The notes: generated by a model not told the origin, from the sequence alone. Positions 1 to 9,930 are shown, numbered from the stretch's first letter. The stretch: DNA of 64,000 bases from an uncultured Erysipelotrichaceae bacterium (GCA_902801795.1 CADCJQ010000009.1:3452-67451); one strand, 5' to 3'. Program-made: numbers and translations.

Positions 1-363
1 AATATTAGAGATAAACTTGATGATTCATATGTCTGGATAGATATATGTCAAAAAGAAAGATTTAAAGATAAAAATGGAATGGATAGGACTAACCTATCTT
101 TTTTTAGTGCTAGAATTTATCAAGATTATTTTTTAAAAACAAATTTAAAAGTTGGTGATGAAATATATGTAATTGGTATTCCTAAAGGGTATGTCGATAG
201 GAATAATTTAAGACAAAATTATATCCATGTATTAGAGTTAAATGGAATCGAGATTAAGAAAGAACCAATTAATGAATATTGGAATCGTCAAAAGATTAAA
301 ATTAGACCACCAACTGTTAATGAACTAAAAGAGTTCGACGAATTATTAAAAGATTTTATGTAA
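1..363 (+). CDS. hypothetical protein of integrated element (5'-partial)
   Basis: The frame of ORF 79..363 has no stop codon back to position 1, so the gene probably begins left of the window. No motif recognised. It lies directly upstream of the Xis-like/integrase pair. Confidence 0.4.
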   Translation, partial: NIRDKLDDSYVWIDICQKERFKDKNGMDRTNLSFFSARIYQDYFLKTNLKVGDEIYVIGIPKGYVDRNNLRQNYIHVLELNGIEIKKEPINEYWNRQKIKIRPPTVNELKEFDELLKDFM

Positions 364-375
364 GGAGGTTTTATT

Positions 376-612
376 ATGAATGCAAACGAATTATTAAAAT
401 TAATATCTAAACAATGGTGTAATCTATCTGACTTAATGCTTTTATTAGGCTGTGGTAGAAATAAAGCATTAGATATTAAAAGAGATATTAAAAATAAGCT
501 TGTAAGTGAAGGATATTACATTCCAGGAAACAATTTACCTATGCAAGCTGTTGTCGATGCGTTAAAAATCGATATAGATCGTTTAGAAAAAATAAAAAGT
601 TTAAATAAATAA
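376..612 (+). CDS. small DNA-binding protein, excisionase/DUF3173-like (inferred)
   Basis: 78 aa with a GGAGG RBS (taaggaggttttattATG). It sits immediately 5' of a tyrosine integrase. Its size and position match the small HTH proteins that precede integrases in Firmicute ICE/IMEs. Family assignment is from recall only. Confidence 0.45.
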   Translation: MNANELLKLISKQWCNLSDLMLLLGCGRNKALDIKRDIKNKLVSEGYYIPGNNLPMQAVVDALKIDIDRLEKIKSLNK

Positions 613-682
613 AACTAAAGTGTGCTATATTAGTATTGTCATAAGAGGTAAACATTCGTATAGCACAAAGGAGGTATATATA

Positions 683-1789
683 ATGGCTGTGCGACAATTA
701 CCAATTGAAAAAATTACTAAAGATGGTAGATCTTGGTATTTCTATGTAAGGATTAAAGTAAATGGAAAAACAAAGTCTTATATGTCTAAAAGTTTTAAGA
801 CTAAAACAGAGGCAATAAAGGCCGAAAGAGAGTTTCTAGTAAAATACCATTCAAAAGAAATAAATGTCACTAGTATGACATTTAAACAGCTTTTTGATGA
901 GTTTTATGAGTATAAGAAAGATAAAGTTAAATTAACTACTCTACGTTCTTATAGAAGAAATGTAAAACAATTATCAGAGTTTTATAATTTAAAAATAAAA
1001 GATATAACTCTTGATCATTACATTGCTTGGAGAAAAAGAATTGGAAACTTAGATTTAAAAGATAAAACTAAAAATGGATATTATAAGCTTTTAAAAACAA
1101 TCCTTAATTATGGAACTAAATGGCATGATTTTAATTTTACTTCTATTTATAACAAAATGGAAAAGTTTAATAATCCTAACAATCCACCAGAAGAAATGAA
1201 ATTCTATACTTGGGAAGAATTTAAACAATTTGTATCAGTAATCGATGATATCAAATGGAAAGCTTTATTTGAAGTATTATTCTTCTGTGGTTTAAGACGT
1301 GGTGAACTAAGAGGATTAACTTGGGATAATATTGATTTCTTTAATAAAGAATTATCCGTAATAAAAAATGTCGCTCAAGAAAGCGACACAGGTAAATATA
1401 TAATTACTACTCCAAAGACTAGAACAAGCACAAGAACACTACCTGTTCCAGAAAGAGTTATAAATGACTTACACGAATTATACTTAAAAGAAAAGAAACA
1501 ATATGGATTCAATCTAAAATGGTTTGTATTTGGCGATAAAGAGCCAATACGTGAAGATACACTAAGATATTATCGAAATAGGTATTGTGATCTATCTGGC
1601 GTTAAAAGAATCCGTATACACGACTTTAGACACTCTTGTGCTTCTGTTTTAATTAATAATGGTGCAAGTATAATGATCGTTGCTAAATACTTAGGTCATG
1701 CTAAAATTGATGAAACCTTAAATACTTACTCTCACCTATTTAAAAATAAGATGGATGAGATAGTAAAAACGATGAATAATCTCGAATAA
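683..1789 (+). CDS. int: site-specific tyrosine recombinase / integrase
   Basis: Catalytic motifs are present: GLRRGELRGLTWDNID (Arg), HDFRHSCAS (His-x-x-Arg) and LGHAKIDETLNTYSHL (His...Tyr). The N-terminal region looks like a SAM-like core-binding domain. Start moved to the ATG at 683, which is preceded by aaggaggtatatata; the ORF-track start at 620 lacks an RBS. Confidence 0.9.
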   Translation: MAVRQLPIEKITKDGRSWYFYVRIKVNGKTKSYMSKSFKTKTEAIKAEREFLVKYHSKEINVTSMTFKQLFDEFYEYKKDKVKLTTLRSYRRNVKQLSEFYNLKIKDITLDHYIAWRKRIGNLDLKDKTKNGYYKLLKTILNYGTKWHDFNFTSIYNKMEKFNNPNNPPEEMKFYTWEEFKQFVSVIDDIKWKALFEVLFFCGLRRGELRGLTWDNIDFFNKELSVIKNVAQESDTGKYIITTPKTRTSTRTLPVPERVINDLHELYLKEKKQYGFNLKWFVFGDKEPIREDTLRYYRNRYCDLSGVKRIRIHDFRHSCASVLINNGASIMIVAKYLGHAKIDETLNTYSHLFKNKMDEIVKTMNNLE

Positions 1790-1802
1790 AAAACAACTTT
1801 TT

Positions 1803-1846
1803 GGCTCAAAGTGAAATGTAAAGTGAAATGTAAGAGCCTTTTTTTA
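1803..1846 (+). terminator. rho-independent terminator-like hairpin after int
   Basis: ggctc...gagcc stem followed by ttttttt. The loop holds a tandem 12-mer, aagtgaaatgta x2. Confidence 0.5.
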
Positions 1847-2050
1847 GAAATATGAAAATGCGGAAACCCTTGATTTATATAAACAAAATGAGAGATATCA
1901 TTAATAAATATCTCTCTTCAGGGGGTTTTGGTTGAATACAACATCTAATAGATAGATGTTGTGTACGACGCAAATCTATCGTACATATTAATAATAATAT
2001 ATTTTTTTTAAGATGTCAATTAAAAATCATAAATTTTACGAATTATTTTT

Positions 2051-4030
2051 TTAATTATCAAATTCATTAATAATTGTTTGTTTTAATTTCATTGTTTCTA
2101 TGTCATTCATCTTCAAAAATTCTTTAGCATCATTATTAGCAGCAGTTAAAATTTTATAATCATCTGGAAGTTTAGCAATTTTAAAAGTCATATCACCACT
2201 TTGTTTAGTACCAAATAAATCACCACTACCGCGTAGTTTAAAATCTTCTTCCGCTATTATGAAACCATCTGATGTTTTTTCTAAGATACGAAGCCTTTCC
2301 GTTTCATTTTTACTAATTAAAATACACGTTGAAACAATATTGCCTCTTCCAACTCTTCCACGTAACTGATGAAGTGTCGATAATCCAAAACGATTAGCAT
2401 CAAAAATAACAATCATACTAGCGTTGGGAACATCTACCCCTACTTCTATAACAGTAGTGCTTATTAATATATCAGTTTCATTATTTTTAAATTTTAACAT
2501 AACATCATCTTTTAAGGCATTATTCATTTTACCATGTAATATAGAAATGCAATATTTTGAACCAAAAGCTAATGTCATTTTATCAAGTAAGTTATTAACA
2601 CTTGCTAGATTTTCATCTTCTCCTTCTATTAATGGAGCAATCACATATATTTGATGTTTTAATTTTAATTCTTCATACATTAATTCTAAAACACTTGCTA
2701 TTTCTTCATCTTTTTTTACAATTGTTTTAACCGGTATTCTACCTTTAGGCATTTCTTTAATTGTTGATACATCCATATCACCATATAGTGTTAGAGCAAA
2801 TGTACGAGGAATAGGCGTTGCACTCATATATAGTACATCAGGTGAAATTCCCTTATTTTTTAAATTAGTTCGTTGATTAACTCCAAATCGATGTTGTTCA
2901 TCTGTTATAACAAGTCCCAAATTAAAATATTTTACATCTTCTTGAATTAATGCATGTGTACCAATGATAATATCAATTTGTCCATTTTCTAACTCATCAT
3001 ATATTTTTTTCTTTTCTTTTTTGGTTAAAGAACCAATTAATAACCTTATATTTAATTTGTTATCTAAAATTTTCTTTAAATTATTATAATGTTGTGTTGC
3101 AAGAATTTCCGTGGGAGCCATTAAAGCACTTTGGTATCCCGATAATTTATTAAAATACATTGCAGCAAAACTAACTATTGTTTTACCACTACCAACATCT
3201 CCTTGAACAAGTCTATTCATTATCTTTTTACTATTCATATCATCTACAATTTCATTAATAACTTTTTTTTGATCACCTGTTAATTCAAAAGGTAACAATT
3301 GATAAAACTCTTTAATATTATTCTCGGTAATATTTCTTTTTAAACCATTTTCTTTTTTATTTTTTTCTTTTAAATAATTTATTTTAACCATGAATTTAAA
3401 TAATTCTTCATATTTTAGTCTTTTTATCATAAATTCTAACTTTTTATTATCATCAGGATTATGAACAACATTTAAGGTAATACTTTTATTGCTAAAATGA
3501 TATCGTTCTTTTAAATAATTTGGTAAAAAATCTGGAATATCTTTACCATACAACATAATTCCATAATTAATATAAGATAATATACTTTTATTTGTTAATC
3601 CAGTAGTTAAATGATAAATGGGTTCAATCTTAGCTTCTAATCCTAAATACCCAAATTTAATATCTGATGCATTAATTATATTTTTCGTTTTATCAAATTT
3701 TCCAATAACAATAACATTAGTTCCTATTGTTAAATTACTTTTCATAAAGGCACGATTAAAAATAGAGACTCCTACCATTCCATCTTTCATTTTCAATCTA
3801 AAATTCATTTTATTTAAGCCTTTGTTAAATCGCAAAACAATTGGTGTACTTTCTACTTTCCCATCAATTACAATACGTTCTTCCGCAGTTACCTCATCAA
3901 GATTGCTTCTTTTATATATTTCATAACGAATTGGATAATAAGTAACTAGATCATCAACATTATTAATTCCTAATTTATTAAGTAATGCTTCTGATTTAGG
4001 TCCAATTCCTTTTACCATTTTTAATTCCAT
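2051..4030 (-). CDS. recG: ATP-dependent DNA helicase RecG
   Basis: Motifs GDVGSGKT (Walker A), DEQHRFG (DEQH box) and QLRGRVGRG, with an N-terminal wedge/OB region. Start moved to MELKMVKG (ATG at 4030), which is preceded by ggaggacgaattt. Confidence 0.92.
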   Translation of the reverse strand: MELKMVKGIGPKSEALLNKLGINNVDDLVTYYPIRYEIYKRSNLDEVTAEERIVIDGKVESTPIVLRFNKGLNKMNFRLKMKDGMVGVSIFNRAFMKSNLTIGTNVIVIGKFDKTKNIINASDIKFGYLGLEAKIEPIYHLTTGLTNKSILSYINYGIMLYGKDIPDFLPNYLKERYHFSNKSITLNVVHNPDDNKKLEFMIKRLKYEELFKFMVKINYLKEKNKKENGLKRNITENNIKEFYQLLPFELTGDQKKVINEIVDDMNSKKIMNRLVQGDVGSGKTIVSFAAMYFNKLSGYQSALMAPTEILATQHYNNLKKILDNKLNIRLLIGSLTKKEKKKIYDELENGQIDIIIGTHALIQEDVKYFNLGLVITDEQHRFGVNQRTNLKNKGISPDVLYMSATPIPRTFALTLYGDMDVSTIKEMPKGRIPVKTIVKKDEEIASVLELMYEELKLKHQIYVIAPLIEGEDENLASVNNLLDKMTLAFGSKYCISILHGKMNNALKDDVMLKFKNNETDILISTTVIEVGVDVPNASMIVIFDANRFGLSTLHQLRGRVGRGNIVSTCILISKNETERLRILEKTSDGFIIAEEDFKLRGSGDLFGTKQSGDMTFKIAKLPDDYKILTAANNDAKEFLKMNDIETMKLKQTIINEFDN

Positions 4031-4122
4031 AAATTCGTCCTCCGAATATATGCATATTATATCAAAGTTCGATAATAAAGTAAATTGATTGGACATTTTT
4101 AAAAGAAAAAAATGACAACCAA

Positions 4123-4836
4123 TTAGTCGTCATTCTTTTTATTTTTATGATTTTCTTCTTTAGAAGGATGTTTGTCTTCTTTTTTGTTTTCTTTTCGTTC
4201 TACATAGTGAATTCCATTTAATGCATCCATAATCTCATGTTTGTTTTTATTAGAGTTTACAACACAAACAATAGTTCCAAGCATTACGAAAGCAAATACA
4301 AAAATAATTACTGCAGTATTAGAGAATCCTTCAAATTTACTCTCTGCTTTTTTTAATTCTTTAAAAACATCATAACTTGGGTCTTTATATTGTTTCATAA
4401 TTTGTTCTTTTATTGCTTCATCATAACTTTCAGCATATCCATCGAACACTTTATCACCAATAATAATATATGGTACACCTCTTGCTTCAACCTCAGTTAC
4501 AAGTGGTACTTTTCCCATTAATTCACCATTTGCAGAATCATTCCATACTTCAAATGATATTACTTTAAAATACTTACCATATTCTGTGGAAATAGAATTT
4601 AAAAAACTTATAAATTTACGACAGTATCCACATCCTTGACCTCTAAATAAATAAATTATTGCTTGATCATCTGTTTCTTTATAATCTTTATTTTCAAGTT
4701 CAAATTCTTCTGCCTCTAAAACTTCCTTAAAATTCATATGATTATAGCCATCATAATAAAGTTTTCCATCCTCACATCCTGTTAAAGTTAAAGTCATCAT
4801 AACTGCTATTACTAATAAAATTAATTTTTTTCCCAT
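4123..4836 (-). CDS. thioredoxin-fold lipoprotein (CGYC active site) with C-terminal TM segment and basic tail
   Basis: Lipobox LTLTGC follows a signal peptide. CGYC redox motif and a cis-Pro-type GVPY are present. There is a hydrophobic stretch AVIIFVFAFVMLGTIVCVV near the C-terminus. Confidence 0.6.
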   Translation of the reverse strand: MGKKLILLVIAVMMTLTLTGCEDGKLYYDGYNHMNFKEVLEAEEFELENKDYKETDDQAIIYLFRGQGCGYCRKFISFLNSISTEYGKYFKVISFEVWNDSANGELMGKVPLVTEVEARGVPYIIIGDKVFDGYAESYDEAIKEQIMKQYKDPSYDVFKELKKAESKFEGFSNTAVIIFVFAFVMLGTIVCVVNSNKNKHEIMDALNGIHYVERKENKKEDKHPSKEENHKNKKNDD

Positions 4837-4901
4837 ATCATCTTTCCTTTCTACTCTTTAATTTTAAATTATTTTTTATTATTTTTCAATATAATTAACA
4901 C

Positions 4902-5465
4902 TTATTTCACATTTTTTTCATTATACTTATATATAAATACTTTTTTTTCACCATATTTTCGTTCTTTTATTAACAATAATTTATCATTAACAAAAATATC
5001 ATTTACAGTTAATTCACAAATTATTAAAGCATTTTCACACAATATTTTTTTTATTATCATATCTTCTAAAATATCATTTATTATTTTATCTTTGTATGGG
5101 GGATCTAAAAAAACAAGATCAAACTTAATAGCCTTATTACTATAATAATTTAAAGCCTCATGATAATCCATATTTGTTAAAATACCCTTATCTAAAACAT
5201 TAAAATCACAAAGATTTTCCCTTATAACATTAAGACACTTTTTATTTTTATCATTAAAATAAACTAATTTAGCTCCATTACTGATAGCTTCAATTCCAAG
5301 ATTTCCAGAACCTGCAAATAAATCAAGAACAATACTATTACTTATATTATTTTGAATAATGGCAAAAATACTTTCTTTAACCCGATCCATTGTTGGTCTT
5401 GTTCCTTCAATATCAAAACCTTTTATATTACGCCCTTTTAATGAACCACTTATTACTTTTGGCAT
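4902..5465 (-). CDS. rsmD: 16S rRNA (guanine966-N2)-methyltransferase RsmD
   Basis: SAM-binding motif DLFAGSGNLGIEA and catalytic DPPY. Size (~187 aa) fits. Confidence 0.85.
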   Translation of the reverse strand: MPKVISGSLKGRNIKGFDIEGTRPTMDRVKESIFAIIQNNISNSIVLDLFAGSGNLGIEAISNGAKLVYFNDKNKKCLNVIRENLCDFNVLDKGILTNMDYHEALNYYSNKAIKFDLVFLDPPYKDKIINDILEDMIIKKILCENALIICELTVNDIFVNDKLLLIKERKYGEKKVFIYKYNEKNVK

Positions 5466-5728
5466 ACTTTTCTCCTTTTAAATTTTTTATTAATTTCCAT
5501 TATGAGATAATTAATATTATTCTCACAAATTAAATACTCTTTTATTATGGAATTATCATATAACTTATTTTTATTATTTATTGTTGGGTTATTTCGATAA
5601 TCATTAATAAGATTTAATTCAACATCAGTGATTCTTTTTTTTAATTCACTTATTTTCTTGATATCATTATTATTATCTAATAAATCAAATAATTCATTAA
5701 GTTTTTCATTTATATACATATACATCAC
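5453..5728 (-). CDS. hypothetical small helical protein (possibly YlbF/YmcA-like)
   Basis: 91 aa, predicted helical, and overlaps the rsmD start by 13 nt. The only basis for the family guess is its position upstream of rsmD, as ylbF is in Bacillus. Confidence 0.3.
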   Translation of the reverse strand: MMYMYINEKLNELFDLLDNNNDIKKISELKKRITDVELNLINDYRNNPTINNKNKLYDNSIIKEYLICENNINYLIMEINKKFKRRKVCQK

Positions 5729-5765
5729 TTAATTATTATATCAAAAATAGTATAGCAGCGCTATA

Positions 5766-6308
5766 CTATTTAATAATTAACAATTTAAATATCCATAAAC
5801 TTATCATAAAAACATCAGCAAAGAAGATTGCCATCAAAAATAACGAACTACTTTTAGTAAAACCTGTTTCTTGTAATTTTGGAATATAATTCATCTTAAT
5901 ATTTTGTGTATCGTCATTAGATATTCTTAACTCTTCTTGTCTTATGGTAATATTATATAATATATTACGTATATTATTAATTTCAATAATAGAAAAATTA
6001 TTTAATGACAATATTCTACCATTACTAAATTTAACTAAATACATACAATTTTTATTCTGACTATCAAGTTCATATTTTTCATCAATAACTAAATTATCTT
6101 CTTTATATTTTTTTATTATTGTCTTAATATAATTATTAACTACTTGTAATGGCAAATCAAAAGTTGTAATATCATTACTTTTATCATTCATTTTAAATTT
6201 TAAAACAACTTTATCAGAAGTTTTAGTTAAATTTAAAACAATTTTTTGATTTTCATTTTCATTTTTAAAGTATAAATCCATTATATTATATACATAATCA
6301 TAGTCCAT
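5766..6308 (-). CDS. hypothetical protein with C-terminal TM anchor
   Basis: 180-aa ORF in the operon context. C-terminal hydrophobic segment LFLMAIFFADVFMISLWIF. No motif recognised. Confidence 0.4.
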   Translation of the reverse strand: MDYDYVYNIMDLYFKNENENQKIVLNLTKTSDKVVLKFKMNDKSNDITTFDLPLQVVNNYIKTIIKKYKEDNLVIDEKYELDSQNKNCMYLVKFSNGRILSLNNFSIIEINNIRNILYNITIRQEELRISNDDTQNIKMNYIPKLQETGFTKSSSLFLMAIFFADVFMISLWIFKLLIIK

Positions 6309-6323
6309 TCAATTCATCCCTTT

Positions 6324-8627
6324 TTATAATATTTCATCACTATCATTATTATCATTATTTAATTTAACTAAAACTTCACGAGGTTTGCTTCCATTCATTG
6401 GACCAATAATACCACGTTCTTCTAACAAATCTATTACACGAGCAGCACGATTATATCCTAGTTTAAATCTTCTTTGTAAAAGTGATGCTGATGCTTTTCC
6501 AGTAGTAACAACAAATTCTACTATATCATCATATAATGGATCATCATATTCTTCTTTAACATCAGTATCTGCTGATGTACCACTTGTTGCATTACTAGGT
6601 ACATCTAAATTTTCAAAGCGTTTATCATATTGAGCTTTTTGTTGATTACATACAAAATCAACTACTCTTTTTATTTCATCTTCAGAAATCCATGCTCCTT
6701 GAATACGTGTTGGTGAATTCTCTCCTTGTGGTAAAAATAACATATCTCCTCGACCTAATAATTTTTCAGCTCCTGTCATATCAAGGATTGTACGTGAATC
6801 AATTCCTGATGATACGGCAAATGATATACGTGATGGAATATTCGCTTTAATAACACCGGTAATAACATCCGTTGAAGGTCTTTGTGTTGCGATAATTAAG
6901 TGAATTCCGGCAGCTCTTGCCATTTGAGTAATACGCATAATTGAATCTTCAACTTCTTTACTAGCAACCATCATCAAATCAGCAAGTTCATCAACAACAA
7001 CAACAATAAATGGCATATGAGCGATTTTTTCATCATCAGAACGTTTTTCATTTTCTTTATCAACCATTTCATTATAAGTATCAATATTTTTTACATGACT
7101 TTCTTCAAAGACATCATATCTATGTTCCATTTCACCAACTATCATCTGTAGAGCAGCGGCTGCCTTTTTAGGATCCGTTACTACTGGTCTTAATAAATGT
7201 GGTACACCATTATACATTGATAATTCAACTTTTTTAGGATCAACAAGCAGTAATTTAACCTCATCTGGTTTAGTACGCATCAAAATACTTACTAATATAC
7301 AGTTAATACAAACTGATTTACCAGAACCGGTTGCACCAGCAACAAGCATATGTGGTGTTTTATTAATCTCACAAAATCTTGTATCTCCTTTAATATCTTT
7401 ACCAAGCGCAACTAATAATTTTTTATCAGCCTTATCTTTTGGTAAAGTTTCCATTATTTCTCTTATATAAACAGTTGTTGGCGTATCATTAGCAATTTCA
7501 ATACCACAAGTATTTTTCCCCGGAATTGGCGCTTGTATACGTACATCTTTTTTAGCAAGAGCCAACGATATTTCTTTATTAATACTAGTTAACCTTGATA
7601 ACTTAGTACCTGCTTTAATAGCAAGTTCATATTGTGTACAAGCAGGACCTACAGTTACAGCAACAACCTTTCCAACAACACCAAATTCATTTAAGACTTC
7701 TTCCAAAATGTTAATATTTTTTTCAATGTTAGCCTGATTATTTACTTTACTCTTTTTAGGTACATCTAATAATTCTGTTGTTGGTAATTGATAATTATAA
7801 TTATCAATTATTTTAACTTCAGGTTCTTCTTCGACGTCCTCTTCTTCTTTAGGTAAATTAATATTTACTTTTGGTTTATTTTTAATTTCATCTAAACTAT
7901 TAATAACTGTTTTATTACTTTCTTCTTTATCACTTGTTGTATTATCATTTATCTTAACATTAATTGGTTCTCCAGGAACAACCCCAATAATATGTTCATC
8001 GTCTTTTTCATGCTTTTTATCTTTATTCTTTTCATAATGTGGTACAAGTTCTTTTCCTTTATTATATCCTTTCTTAATAAAGTCAACAATAGAAAATCCT
8101 GTGAATAATAATATACCACCTACAATAAATATCCAATAAATAATAGTAGTTCCTTCTAAAGCAAATAAGGAATAAAATAAACTAATTAGTAATCCTCCAA
8201 GCATTCCTCCACCAATATTTTTAAAGGCAATTTCGCGAGAGGCTCCTTCAACAATGGAAAATACATTAACAACTTCATTAAAGGTATTACTAATAATTTC
8301 TTTCCAAGTTATACCATCCTTAACATATTCAACATGAAAAACTACTAAAAAACCCATTATCGCCAAAATTAAACCAATAACTTTTGAACTAAAGAAATCT
8401 GGGTAATGTTTTTGAAACAAAATATATATACCAATTATAATAATTGCAATTAATGGTACTAAATATAGTCCTCCAAATAAAAAAGCAAAAAAAGCACAAA
8501 TTAATTTTCCACAAGGACCATAACCACAAATACCAAGTACTCCTATTAATATTAAAATAATACTATATACTTCAATACTTAAAGCAAAATTTTTCTTTGA
8601 TTCCTTTTTTCTTTTACGTTTTGCCAT
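6324..8627 (-). CDS. ftsK: DNA translocase FtsK/SpoIIIE
   Basis: N-terminal TM segments and a linker. Walker A GATGSGKS and Walker B VVVVDELADL. C-terminal gamma winged-helix region ASASLLQRRFKLGYNRAARVIDLLEERGIIGP. Confidence 0.93.
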   Translation of the reverse strand: MAKRKRKKESKKNFALSIEVYSIILILIGVLGICGYGPCGKLICAFFAFLFGGLYLVPLIAIIIIGIYILFQKHYPDFFSSKVIGLILAIMGFLVVFHVEYVKDGITWKEIISNTFNEVVNVFSIVEGASREIAFKNIGGGMLGGLLISLFYSLFALEGTTIIYWIFIVGGILLFTGFSIVDFIKKGYNKGKELVPHYEKNKDKKHEKDDEHIIGVVPGEPINVKINDNTTSDKEESNKTVINSLDEIKNKPKVNINLPKEEEDVEEEPEVKIIDNYNYQLPTTELLDVPKKSKVNNQANIEKNINILEEVLNEFGVVGKVVAVTVGPACTQYELAIKAGTKLSRLTSINKEISLALAKKDVRIQAPIPGKNTCGIEIANDTPTTVYIREIMETLPKDKADKKLLVALGKDIKGDTRFCEINKTPHMLVAGATGSGKSVCINCILVSILMRTKPDEVKLLLVDPKKVELSMYNGVPHLLRPVVTDPKKAAAALQMIVGEMEHRYDVFEESHVKNIDTYNEMVDKENEKRSDDEKIAHMPFIVVVVDELADLMMVASKEVEDSIMRITQMARAAGIHLIIATQRPSTDVITGVIKANIPSRISFAVSSGIDSRTILDMTGAEKLLGRGDMLFLPQGENSPTRIQGAWISEDEIKRVVDFVCNQQKAQYDKRFENLDVPSNATSGTSADTDVKEEYDDPLYDDIVEFVVTTGKASASLLQRRFKLGYNRAARVIDLLEERGIIGPMNGSKPREVLVKLNNDNNDSDEIL

Positions 8628-8712
8628 AATATCACTTCCTTATATTTTCATACAACATAATTATATAAAATAATAATAAAAAATTCAAGTTAAAAAAAAG
8701 AATACTTGACTA

Positions 8713-8901
8713 TTATTCAGCATTCTTTTCTACTTTAATTATTTCTTCTTTCTTATAATATCCACACTTAGAACATACACGATGTGGTTTAATAGTTTCT
8801 CCACAATTTGGACAAACAGTAACAGTCTTTGCTGTTAAAGCATTATGTGCTCTTCTCATTCTTTTTCTTGTTTTAGAAACTTTTCTAAAAGGTACAGCCA
8901 T
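8713..8901 (-). CDS. rpmF: 50S ribosomal protein L32
   Basis: Begins MAVPFRKVSKTRKRMRRAH and carries the CPNCG...CSKCGYY zinc ribbon. Confidence 0.95.
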   Translation of the reverse strand: MAVPFRKVSKTRKRMRRAHNALTAKTVTVCPNCGETIKPHRVCSKCGYYKKEEIIKVEKNAE

Positions 8902-8916
8902 GATCTCACTCCTTTC

Positions 8917-9360
8917 TTAATTCTCAAAGAAATCACTAAATGGATTATTTTTCTTGATATATTCCTCTTCACTAATAACACGATAATTATCCGTTTCAAT
9001 ATTATCAACATCACTATTAGTAAATCTCATAGGAACTTCCAAGATAATATAATGCCACAAAAATTCAATTAAATCAAGTGTTTTGCATGAATTTTCCAAA
9101 GTTTCTTCTATTTTTGTTTCAAAATCATATGGTCTTTCTTCGTAAGTAACACTATCATGTAAAATCATTGTTCCTTTGACATTAAAATTAATAACATAAT
9201 TATATTCTAAATCACATGTTATTTCACCATTAACATGAATATCTTTCAAATCAATAATATCGCTATTTTCATAGATTTTCTTAGGAATTAAAATATTTTT
9301 ATCAATTATAATTTTGTCTTTATAATTTAATTCTTGTAAATCAATCACATTTATCACCAA
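8917..9360 (-). CDS. yceD: YceD/DUF177 family protein (large-subunit rRNA accumulation protein)
   Basis: 147-aa acidic protein directly upstream of rpmF, the conserved yceD-rpmF pair. Start codon is uncertain. Confidence 0.7.
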   Translation of the reverse strand: MVINVIDLQELNYKDKIIIDKNILIPKKIYENSDIIDLKDIHVNGEITCDLEYNYVINFNVKGTMILHDSVTYEERPYDFETKIEETLENSCKTLDLIEFLWHYIILEVPMRFTNSDVDNIETDNYRVISEEEYIKKNNPFSDFFEN

Positions 9361-9399
9361 ATAAAATTATACTACAAAACAATAATTAAAACAAACAAA

Positions 9400-9830
9400 A
9401 AATGATATTCTCTGATAAAGAACATCACTTCGAGTTTAGAAAAAGTTGTACCATTCATATTAGCATTAATACCTAATATGAATTTAAATAAATATTATCA
9501 GTATTTACTACAACATCTTATCATTTGAGTTTTACTTTCTCACAAACAATTGTTCTGTCCTGAGGCGATAATTACCAAAAGCATTTGGTTTTTCTTACCC
9601 ATAAACAGGATATCAATAGCATTTTACAGTACCAGTAATAACTGATACAGCTCCTAAAATAAAATGGAGCAAATAGCAACAAGGCTATAAAGTGATAAAA
9701 TCACTTAAAGGATATCAAATATGATACCTAAGTAGTTCAACTAGGAACTACGGATTCAAATAAATGAATCAAACAAATAAATTAAGTAAAATGTCTATTT
9801 TTTTCTTCCTATCTTCAAGACATTATTATT
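9400..9830 (-). other. hairpin-dense non-coding region: candidate oriT or structured RNA
   Basis: No ORF is present. Perfect stems seen: 9453-9483 (11 bp), 9574-9589, 9647-9670, 9689-9706, 9731-9750 and 9791-9826, plus the 10-bp palindrome aacaattgtt. A TGtcaTATAAT box on the minus strand lies near 9828-9838. Confidence 0.35.
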
Positions 9831-9902
9831 ATATGACAAAAAAAATAAAAATGCAATACTTTTTTTAAAAAAATTATATTTTTTTTCGTGGACAAATTAA
9901 AT

Positions 9903-9930
9903 TAAAGAAAAAATAACTATTTTCATAGTT
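9903..9930 (-). terminator. terminator after the coupling-protein gene
   Basis: Minus strand reads aactatgaaaatagtt followed by attttttc. The hairpin overlaps the stop codon. Confidence 0.6.

Larger units (their letters stand above)
1..1850. mobile_element. right-hand end of an integrated element (ICE/IME/prophage-like); body lies left of the window
   Basis: Cargo ORF, Xis-like ORF and integrase are followed by a hairpin-rich spacer, then the convergent 3' end of recG. The other att site is not in the window, so the exact boundary is unknown. Confidence 0.55.

Noticed and set aside
2424-3926. Plus-strand ORFs 2424..2654 and 3618..3926 inside recG. The same applies to the similar antisense or nested ORFs at 6385, 8845, 10332, 10794, 13777, 16024, 17547, 17551, 17980, 18418, 19956, 20471, 24652, 29473, 39209, 40098, 40546, 41264, 53518, 56985, 59009, 59392, 60940, 62247 and 63351.
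   Set aside because: All lie antisense to, or out of frame within, long motif-supported genes. They have low-complexity, hydrophobic or Leu/Ile/Phe/Tyr-rich translations typical of AT-rich antisense frames. None has a convincing RBS.
9400-9830. Tried to read the structured intergenic region as RNase P RNA, tmRNA, SRP RNA or a tRNA.
   Set aside because: The near-universal RNase P GAGGAAAGUCC block is absent; only an ACAGAAC fragment is present. There is no tmRNA GGGG...CCACCA ends or tag ORF, no SRP domain IV motif, and no tRNA T-arm (GGTTCRAnYC). The region is left unclassified.
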